This document shows, in pieces, positions 37,190 to 44,313 of a stretch of 64,000 nt of DNA. A program made the position numbers and the translations under genes. The stretch's first letter is position 1. Each line of letters opens with the position of its first letter. Below the pieces are notes generated by a model that was given only the letters and a program-made list of their open reading frames with translations, did not search any database and was not told the origin of the DNA. The stretch is from the IMG/VR virus record IMGVR_UViG_3300017728_002360; one strand, written 5' to 3'. This DNA is from a virus.

Positions 37190-37612
37190 TAGCAACATTG
37201 TTTGGTCGGGGTAGCTCGACTTACCTTGAGGTCACATCGATCTGTGACTGGATACTGGTACGTTGCACGGCTTGATGCTAACGTAGGCATTAAAAGATCG
37301 TGGCTCTGAGAAAAAGCAACCACAACGTTAATATACTTTGCTTAACAGGGGTATATTAGTGTTCCGAGACTATTGCGAAGGCTGTAGTAGGGGGTTGGCG
37401 AGTTTCCGCCTCCGTACATATTATATGTAATCTACTTTGTTAAGATGGTACGCTTATCTCACATGATGGCTATTATCGACTTCGTCCGGAGACGGGCGAA
37501 GTATGGCTCAACTATCTACATGATGCAAAAGTGCTTCGCACTTATATTAATCATACATAAGAAAAAAGTGTTTGAGCATAGCGAAAACACAGATGAGCTG
37601 TTTGCTCATCTA
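37190..37612 (+). ncRNA. candidate large structured non-coding RNA (~430 nt), family not recognised
   Basis: No credible ORF. More than 10 adjacent stems with frequent G-U pairs in + orientation, a GAGA tetraloop and a possible pseudoknot (see findings). Confidence 0.6.
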
Positions 37613-37619
37613 CTAGACA

Positions 37620-37814
37620 CTAGTGTAATTCAGGATCACGTCCATAACGGAACGCATCACTATCATACACTTCGACAGCTACAACTTCGTATTGCTTGTT
37701 AGGGTTTACATCCACTAACTGTGCAACAGTTGAATCTGCTTCATACTCATCACTGCACTGAGTCACAACCTCTTTGGTGTTACACTCAATAACATTATAT
37801 CTTGTTTGAGGCAT
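37620..37814 (-). CDS. hypothetical protein
   Basis: 64-aa ORF with late motif TAAATA 6 nt upstream of its ATG. Confidence 0.65.
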   Translation of the reverse strand: MPQTRYNVIECNTKEVVTQCSDEYEADSTVAQLVDVNPNKQYEVVAVEVYDSDAFRYGRDPELH

Positions 37815-37849
37815 ATAAGATATTTAAGAGGTCTACGAGATGAATTATG

Positions 37850-37857
37850 TATAAATA
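37850..37857 (+). promoter_or_regulatory. T4-type late promoter TATAAATA (representative of ~15 NNTAAATA sites)
   Basis: The TAAATA core also precedes genes at - 1817, 4245, 8733, 27009, 27474, 32740, 37821, 42163, 44280 and + 44253, 48737, 49704, 53811, 54391, 57019, 58516. This fits the gp55 encoded here. Confidence 0.85.
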
Positions 37858-37879
37858 TAAAGTAACAGGAGAGCAAACC

Positions 37880-38434
37880 ATGAAAATAACGCAAATAACA
37901 AGCGAAAACACGTTTAATGAAGCTCCCGGTGGTAATGTCTTAGGGAACGTTGCACGTAAAGTAGGTGCAAAAGTGGCTGGCGCCGTAGGTGCCAAAGGCA
38001 CCGCCGCAGGAATGACAGGTAAAAACGATGCGAACGCAAAAGCCAAGGAATTGTTTGTACAATACAGAGGATTTATGGGTCAAACAGGTGGTAACCCTAA
38101 ACAACCAACAGTTGATCAAGTATCTAACTTTATGAAGAAACAAGGATTACCATTAAACAGATTAAAAGGTCTACAAGGACAGCTAACACCTAAACAGGTT
38201 GATGACATCTTACAGAAAACTTCACAAGATAGTTTTAATTCTGCAGATGGACAAGCGGCCGCAGGAACAGAACCAGGATCCCCTGGAGATCCTAACGCAC
38301 CGAAACCGGGTGCCGGTGGTGCTGGCGCACCAGCAGGTGGACAAGCAGGTGCAGGTGGCATACCAGCTAACATTCAAAAAGCTATTGATAGCTTAGATGC
38401 TAATGGTAAAAAAGAACTAGCGGCACTATTGTAA
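37880..38434 (+). CDS. putative internal head/virion protein (start revised from 37847 to 37880)
   Basis: TATAAATA at 37850-57 and SD AGGAGAG precede the in-frame ATG at 37880 (MKITQITSE...); Gly/Ala-rich. Confidence 0.65.
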   Translation: MKITQITSENTFNEAPGGNVLGNVARKVGAKVAGAVGAKGTAAGMTGKNDANAKAKELFVQYRGFMGQTGGNPKQPTVDQVSNFMKKQGLPLNRLKGLQGQLTPKQVDDILQKTSQDSFNSADGQAAAGTEPGSPGDPNAPKPGAGGAGAPAGGQAGAGGIPANIQKAIDSLDANGKKELAALL

Positions 38435-38444
38435 GGACAGCAAA

Positions 38445-41027
38445 ATGAAACTAGGCGAAGTTACACACTACAATTTAAAATCAGAACAGATACTAGCAGA
38501 GGGTTGGCAAGATCTTAACGAAGCACAACGCATATATGTTGGTAAGTGGGAAAGAGATGTTTGGCCTTTAGTAGAAGGACTTAATAAATTATTAGAAGCT
38601 GATCTTGATCCTAAACAGATTGATAAAATCTTTAGTGATGCAGAACAAGTTGCAATAGATTCAGGCAACAACAAAACTGCATTAGGTAAGGCAGGACAAG
38701 TAGTAGGTGACCAAGCTAAAAAACTTACAGACCAAATTAACAAACTAGCCGATGCGGCACAACAAAGTGGACCAATTAAAAACTTTGATGCACAGTTTGA
38801 AAAACTAAAAGCACAATTAAAAAAGAAACTACAAGGTAATCCAGCAGGCCAGAAGATACTTACAATGGTCGATGGTTACGGAGAGTTTGCAAAAGGCAAT
38901 CCGGCCAAGGCGGCATTTATCATTGGTGCAATGACTTCAGTACTTGCGTTTGCAAGTGGAGGTATTGTAAGTGGTGCGGCAATTGGTTTCTTTTTAAAAC
39001 TAGCAAGTAACACACTTAAAGGTGATAAACTTTCAACAGCAGTTGGTAAAGGTGTTAAAGGCGCGGCACTTGGTGCGGTGGCTGGTGCTATTGGTGATCA
39101 AATTGGTGAATTATTACCGCCAGAGATTACAAACACATTTATTAATGATGCATCAGGCGAAATTGATATTACAAAACTAGACGGAATGAGTGCTACAAGC
39201 ATGGAAGATCTAACTGCTGAATCGGCCAAAGAGATCATACAGTCAAGAAGTGCCATGGAAGAATTATTAGCACGAGGTAACCTAGATGCTGATGCAGAAG
39301 AAGTTTTACAAGGACAGCTTGACCAGGTAAATGATAAGATACGTGAAATAGGTGGTGCATCAGTAAATGATTCTGTTGATGCAATACAAGGCGAGTTTGA
39401 TATCAAAGGTACAGATGTTAACATAGATAAGACTACAACCACATCAAACCAAGACGCAGGTAGTACAGTATCAGATACAGAAGTTGTTGCCGAGCTTGAT
39501 GCAGAACAACTTAATGACGCAGGAATAAATTCAGCAGACTTTCCAGACAACGCATGGATTACTGAAAACACACAAAAATTATTAGATGCTGGTTTGTCAG
39601 AAGAAGACATTGAAGCATTACAAAATGCACAAGGATTTAACAGAGCATTAGACCAAAAAGAATTCTTAAACACACGTATATCAGCGTCAACTTCTATAGA
39701 GGTTGGAGACAGCCTACAGGTTGATGGTGTACCAGACGAAATTAAAGTTGGAGAGGTATTTAAATCAACAGTTAGTAAAACACTACCAGACGGAACTGAA
39801 TACACTGGAATAGTAGACGTATCAATTGAAGGTGTAGACGCAGACGGAAATGCTGTTTACCAAATGAAAAATGTGTTTGTAAATCCTAATCCATTTACAG
39901 AAAATCTAGACAAGGCTCTTGAAGCTTTACCAGATGATGTAAGAGAAGAATTATATGATCAAATATTCAAAGGAACAGTTTCGGGTTCAATGGAAACAGC
40001 AGTTAACGATACAGCGGCCAACATTGTAAAAGCCGCGGCGGCAGTTGCACTAGGTGGTGCATTAGCAAAATCAGAATTTGTAGAGCCTGAGAAAAAAGAA
40101 GAGTCAATAGAACGACACAACGAAATGATTTACGAGTACGTTGAGTACTTAGAAGAAACAATGAACGAAGGACCTGCACTAGACAAAATGAAGGCGGCGG
40201 CAATGGCTGGCGTTAAAAAAGCAGGTAGCCTTACACAAAAAGGAATGACCCAAGTTGGTAAAGGCATGGACAAAGCCGGAGCCGCTGTTGCAGGTGGCAT
40301 AAGCAAAACTGCCGCAGGTATTAAGAATCAAGGTAAACAACTTGGAAACAAAGTTACAAAAGAAAAATTAATGAAGGCGTGGAACAAAGCAGGCAAGCCA
40401 ACAGACACAGGAAGTATTATTAATATTTTAAGTGATGCTGGTATGGACGATGAAGCCATTGGCACAGTTGGAACACAGTCAAACATTAAGTTAGCAAGAC
40501 CTCAAGCTGATACGGGAGATGATGCCGGAGCAAGTGCTGGTACAGATCCCAAAGCTGGGGCAGAAGCAGAACCAGTTGATGCTAACAAAGACGGCAAAGA
40601 CGACAAAACAGGCAAGCCAATTACTAAACCAGTTGATGCTAACAAAGACGGTAAAGATGACAAAACAGGCAAGCCAATAGAGCCTGAAAAAGATGCTACA
40701 CTAGGTAAACCAGGTGCTGGCGGAGCCGCAGTAGGCGGAGCTCATGCAAATAAGAAACCTATAGTACCAGGTGGTGCTAAAGCAGGTGCAGGTGCTACTC
40801 CAGGTAAACCAGTTGATGTAAAATCATTAGCAGGCGATATACAAAAGGCCGGTGTTGCTGACGCTGTTAAACAACAACTATCGCAACCAGCTAAAGCAGG
40901 TAGCGGTGGAGATCTTGCAAGTGGTATGAAAGTAGATTTACCTACACTAGCTAAACAAATTAGTGATGCGGGTATACAAGATAAAGTAAAAGCAAGTCTA
41001 ACACAAAAACAACCAGCTACTGCCTAA
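38445..41027 (+). CDS. large putative internal virion (ejection-like) protein
   Basis: 860 aa; hydrophobic glycine-zipper segment AAFIIGAMTSVLAFASGGIVSGAAIGFF, acidic centre and low-complexity C-terminus; lies in a late transcript. Confidence 0.55.
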   Translation: MKLGEVTHYNLKSEQILAEGWQDLNEAQRIYVGKWERDVWPLVEGLNKLLEADLDPKQIDKIFSDAEQVAIDSGNNKTALGKAGQVVGDQAKKLTDQINKLADAAQQSGPIKNFDAQFEKLKAQLKKKLQGNPAGQKILTMVDGYGEFAKGNPAKAAFIIGAMTSVLAFASGGIVSGAAIGFFLKLASNTLKGDKLSTAVGKGVKGAALGAVAGAIGDQIGELLPPEITNTFINDASGEIDITKLDGMSATSMEDLTAESAKEIIQSRSAMEELLARGNLDADAEEVLQGQLDQVNDKIREIGGASVNDSVDAIQGEFDIKGTDVNIDKTTTTSNQDAGSTVSDTEVVAELDAEQLNDAGINSADFPDNAWITENTQKLLDAGLSEEDIEALQNAQGFNRALDQKEFLNTRISASTSIEVGDSLQVDGVPDEIKVGEVFKSTVSKTLPDGTEYTGIVDVSIEGVDADGNAVYQMKNVFVNPNPFTENLDKALEALPDDVREELYDQIFKGTVSGSMETAVNDTAANIVKAAAAVALGGALAKSEFVEPEKKEESIERHNEMIYEYVEYLEETMNEGPALDKMKAAAMAGVKKAGSLTQKGMTQVGKGMDKAGAAVAGGISKTAAGIKNQGKQLGNKVTKEKLMKAWNKAGKPTDTGSIINILSDAGMDDEAIGTVGTQSNIKLARPQADTGDDAGASAGTDPKAGAEAEPVDANKDGKDDKTGKPITKPVDANKDGKDDKTGKPIEPEKDATLGKPGAGGAAVGGAHANKKPIVPGGAKAGAGATPGKPVDVKSLAGDIQKAGVADAVKQQLSQPAKAGSGGDLASGMKVDLPTLAKQISDAGIQDKVKASLTQKQPATA
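40570..40678 (+). repeat. 2 x 57-bp-period direct repeat encoding PVDANKDGKDDKTGKPI
   Basis: aaccagttgatgctaacaaagacgg(c/t)aaaga(c/t)gacaaaacaggcaagccaat occurs at 40570 and 40627. Confidence 0.9.
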
Positions 41028-41200
41028 AAGAAAGGCATACTTGTCTTTTTAGCTGTTTCTAAATTTTCTTTAATAAGTTTACTAAAAATTTCTCTATCCT
41101 CAGGACCTGAAGCATACATTTCGTCAAGGGTTACACCTCCACGCATATACCATACAAGTCTTGATAATTCAAGTTTGAAGTTCTTAGTCTCTTTTTCCAT
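41024..41200 (-). CDS. small tail/baseplate assembly chaperone ORF (gp51/TAC-C-like); not in the ORF track; probably reached by -1 frameshift from the gp26-like gene
   Basis: Manual translation MEKETKNFKLELSRLVWYMRGGVTLDEMYASGPEDREIFSKLIKENLETAKKTSMPFF*. The frame stays open upstream to the slippery site at 41254-41260. Confidence 0.8.
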   Translation of the reverse strand: MEKETKNFKLELSRLVWYMRGGVTLDEMYASGPEDREIFSKLIKENLETAKKTSMPFF

Positions 41201-41210
41201 GTCATCGACT

Positions 41211-41260
41211 AATCTCAGGATCTCGGCGAGAGACTTACTTAAGATCCTTATGCGAAAAAA
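41211..41260 (-). promoter_or_regulatory. putative programmed -1 ribosomal frameshift element
   Basis: Heptamer T TTT TTC (41260-41254), 6-nt spacer, stem GGATCTT/GAGATCC, and loop AGTCTC pairing with downstream GAGATT. Confidence 0.75.
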
Positions 41261-42117
41261 TTTGACTGATCGAATGTAATTGGTACTTCAAACTCTTTAG
41301 GAGCACCTTTTTCTTGTTCTTCAGCAGTTGTTTGAACCAAGAATGGATCAACATCGTACTTTTTCTTCTGAGAAGTCATATGTTCTGTGATTCCTGTGAA
41401 GAATGATTTATCTGCATTTTTAATAAAGTCTTGAAGGTGTTGAGGATTAGTAACAATCTCGTCTCCTACTTGGATTGATACAATACCATCTACAACCATA
41501 GTAACTGTAAGTTGAGTCAACTTCTGGAATGAAGCACTAAACCTAGCTAACTTATCTCCTTCATCTAGTTCAGCATCTGCTATCACTTGAGCAATACGTT
41601 GCTCTTCGAAAGTTTTTGTTGCTGTTCTAGTATACTCTTGATATGTTTGCGGTCGTAGTGTGATTTTCATATCACCTACTGTTAGCTCATTTTCATATTT
41701 GACATTTTGATACTTGTCTAATAACTGTCTAAGGTCGAGATCAAATTTACGATCTGTACCTGCATTAGGTACTCTAGTTTCAATCTCCATCTTTTCGCCA
41801 TATGTTGCAATCCTAATAGCAATTAAAATACAGTCAACATCGATACTAGGAATTTTCCAAGCATTTTTAATATTAGGCATACAACTTTGTATACAGCTAA
41901 CAACCGACTGACCATTTAGTAGTGCGTCTGGCGTTTTCATCATTAGTTCGTCCTGTGCCGTCATTGCATATACAGGAAGTTCGCCGGTTTCATTCATTTC
42001 CAAAGCGCCTTCCGGATACCAATGACCACCACTAGGTAGTGCTACGTATATCTTAGGTTGTCTAAAATATTTCTGTAACGGATTGGCTCCACCAATCCCT
42101 GGTTTCATTTCTGACAT
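41248..42117 (-). CDS. gp26: baseplate hub/tail assembly chaperone (T4 gp26-like)
   Basis: NPLQKYFRQPKIYVALPSGG...PVYAMTAQDELMMKTPDALLNG...DVDCILIAIRIATYGE; ends ...NFFA. Confidence 0.75.
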   Translation of the reverse strand: MSEMKPGIGGANPLQKYFRQPKIYVALPSGGHWYPEGALEMNETGELPVYAMTAQDELMMKTPDALLNGQSVVSCIQSCMPNIKNAWKIPSIDVDCILIAIRIATYGEKMEIETRVPNAGTDRKFDLDLRQLLDKYQNVKYENELTVGDMKITLRPQTYQEYTRTATKTFEEQRIAQVIADAELDEGDKLARFSASFQKLTQLTVTMVVDGIVSIQVGDEIVTNPQHLQDFIKNADKSFFTGITEHMTSQKKKYDVDPFLVQTTAEEQEKGAPKEFEVPITFDQSNFFA

Positions 42118-42197
42118 TTTGTTCTCCGGCTTAATTTAAATAATACTATCATATTATAACAATATTTATGGCAAGGAGTTAACTGCGTATATAATTT

Positions 42198-42755
42198 ATG
42201 GCTGACTATAAAATAACCAATTATGTAGATTATGAAAAATTAGAACAAGCTAGGCTTATGTTAAAGCAAGAGCTTGATGCTTTTATGCCAGATTACAGCA
42301 AAGTACAGCAAATTGGTATGGATTTTGATAGTTTTTACAACACAGGCGTTAAGGATAATTGGCGTACTATTGCTGTAAAGCTAGGAGATAACCAAGACCC
42401 AGTAGAACACGCAGATAAATTTTCAAACACGTTAGAAATATTGAGTGAGTGCAAAGGTGTTGAAAATTTTGGAATGAACTTTGTAAAACCATATGGCCGC
42501 ATTATGCCACATACTGATCCTGAAGTTATAGTTGATGGCAAGGAAGTTCCGTTTATTAATTGTTTGGCCGGAGTTGTTATTCCATCACCTAACGTACACA
42601 AATGTGGTATGAAGTTTGACAATAAGGAAGTAGCTGTAGCCGAAGGCGAATGGGTAACTTTCTTACCTAGTACAAAACATAGTGCTTGGAACTATACGGA
42701 TCATTATAGATTGACTTGTATGTCAACTATTAATTTAGAATATTTCTCTTCTTAA
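42198..42755 (+). CDS. aspartyl/asparaginyl beta-hydroxylase-like 2OG-Fe(II) oxygenase
   Basis: P.GRIMPHTD (HxD) followed by EGEWVTF...KHSAWN.T...R. Confidence 0.75.
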   Translation: MADYKITNYVDYEKLEQARLMLKQELDAFMPDYSKVQQIGMDFDSFYNTGVKDNWRTIAVKLGDNQDPVEHADKFSNTLEILSECKGVENFGMNFVKPYGRIMPHTDPEVIVDGKEVPFINCLAGVVIPSPNVHKCGMKFDNKEVAVAEGEWVTFLPSTKHSAWNYTDHYRLTCMSTINLEYFSS

Positions 42756-43805
42756 ACCTTCTCTAGCAACATCAAGTGTTAGACAATGTATGCCACCTTC
42801 AAAAAATGTGCCGTGTCTTAAAGGAACATAATCACAATCTATCTTATATTTTTTTAGATACGCAAACAGCTCAGGAATCTCTCTGCTAAACAAAACACAG
42901 TTATGGTCTAGAACTAAGACATTAGTGTCAAAGGATATTTCTTGATCGTAGCCTCTCCACTTATCTAAATAAGTGTCTAACCATTGTTCGCTGTACATAC
43001 CCTCTGTCTTGTTAAAATCTTCTTTGTGTTCAGCAAGTGGACCCATATGATCTTTTGTTAAATGTCCTATCTCAATAATCTGTTTGTCACGCAAGTAACT
43101 TGGTACCCACTCAATGTTATCACAAACAATAGTTTCATCATTTACGAAAAAGAATCCATGATCAATATGTCCCCAACCGTTCATTACAGGACTGTCATTA
43201 GCAACTATCTCTACTTCGGTAATATTTTTCTTACACCACTCTAGTCCTTTTTGTGTGCCTGGACCTTGTGTGTTTGTTATAAGTTTGTCACCTGCTTTGT
43301 ACATTGTAGCAGTATGCCATAACACCTTGTCTTTTAATAGGTTATGATAAATTTCCTTACCACCATTCCACCATCTAGTTGCTGGATCTAAATCAGTAAG
43401 TTGCGGACTAGGCTGTGATATCCAGTTATAGCCAGTATCGTTAAAACAATTATAAAAGCTGTGCCCGTCAAAGTATCTATCAGTTAAACTAGTGTATGTT
43501 TGATATATTGTTTCGTTGATTACAATGTATTGATCTCTTGGTACTATAGGACTGTTAGGAAACTTAATATCAAACGTAGGTAATGTAATACGTTGTGGTT
43601 TGATTGTTTCAGGACGTCTTACATTACACCCATAACTTTTTAGCTTGTTAGTTAATGCAAGTAAATCTTCTTTTGTTTCTTCAAGTATTAGATTGAATTG
43701 TTTCCTAGGTCTCTTACTATGCAATAACTGATCAAAACTTCCAGGGCTGTGGCAGTCACCAACAATAACATCTGTAAGTTTATCCCACTCTGTCCATATC
43801 GCCAT
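42735..43805 (-). CDS. amidinotransferase family protein (glycine/inosamine-phosphate amidinotransferase-like)
   Basis: WTEWDKLTDVIVG, PRDQ, HIDHGFF and GGIHCLTLD carry the pentein catalytic Asp/His/Cys. Confidence 0.85.
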   Translation of the reverse strand: MAIWTEWDKLTDVIVGDCHSPGSFDQLLHSKRPRKQFNLILEETKEDLLALTNKLKSYGCNVRRPETIKPQRITLPTFDIKFPNSPIVPRDQYIVINETIYQTYTSLTDRYFDGHSFYNCFNDTGYNWISQPSPQLTDLDPATRWWNGGKEIYHNLLKDKVLWHTATMYKAGDKLITNTQGPGTQKGLEWCKKNITEVEIVANDSPVMNGWGHIDHGFFFVNDETIVCDNIEWVPSYLRDKQIIEIGHLTKDHMGPLAEHKEDFNKTEGMYSEQWLDTYLDKWRGYDQEISFDTNVLVLDHNCVLFSREIPELFAYLKKYKIDCDYVPLRHGTFFEGGIHCLTLDVAREGLRREIF

Positions 43806-44241
43806 AATTAAATATCTCTTCTAGGTATTCTTTGTCCCAATAAGAATAGTAGTCAGTCTTACTTAATCGTTCTCTAGCTGACAAAAGTTCTTTTTTGGTT
43901 TGTGCTATTATCAAAGGTACATACCCGTTTCCTGTTTTTACTCCTTTGATAAATGTTTCCCTGTGTGGATGATCAGGTAAAAATATGTGAGTTGCATACT
44001 TGTTATTAAGAGCCTTGCATAGTTCGTCTATTTCAGTAAATGTTGAATTTACTTCTGTTTCACAGTAGATCGTAACTTCTTCTGATAAGTTTTCAAACTG
44101 TTCCATATCTAGCTTATCAGCAGTGATTACAGGTGGCATTTTCTTTACAAAAGGACAAATGCTGTAATTTCCTATTTCAGACTGAGGTTTTGTGATATGT
44201 TCCAGCCAGATTCCTAGTTTGCGTTCAATATTTTCTGGCAT
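43780..44241 (-). CDS. hypothetical protein
   Basis: 153 aa with a ...ICPF... motif; SD-like sequence and late promoter CATAAATA at 44280-87 (minus strand). Confidence 0.7.
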   Translation of the reverse strand: MPENIERKLGIWLEHITKPQSEIGNYSICPFVKKMPPVITADKLDMEQFENLSEEVTIYCETEVNSTFTEIDELCKALNNKYATHIFLPDHPHRETFIKGVKTGNGYVPLIIAQTKKELLSARERLSKTDYYSYWDKEYLEEIFNYGDMDRVG

Positions 44242-44313
44242 CTTTTTCCTGGCATAAATAATAAAGTATTCACATATAATATTTATGGGTGTGTTTTACA
44301 AGGTATATAACAT

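Noticed and set aside
37190-37612. Group I intron or HEARO/omega-RNA identity for the structured region
   Set aside because: GUUCCGAGACUA resembles a group I R element, but there is no matching S element (UAGUC) and no interrupted gene. Short HEARO-like words (UACGUU, GCUCUG, UUGGCGAG) occur, but no IscB/TnpB ORF is present, so neither family is assigned.
37445-37702. 85-aa + strand ORF in the structured region
   Set aside because: No SD, atypical composition, runs through strong hairpins and overlaps the better-supported minus-strand ORF 37620..37814.
41021-41037. Hairpin TGCCT/AGGCA at the convergent stops of ORF 38445 and the gp51-like ORF
   Set aside because: Only 5 bp, inside coding sequence, with no adjacent U-tract; too weak to call a terminator.
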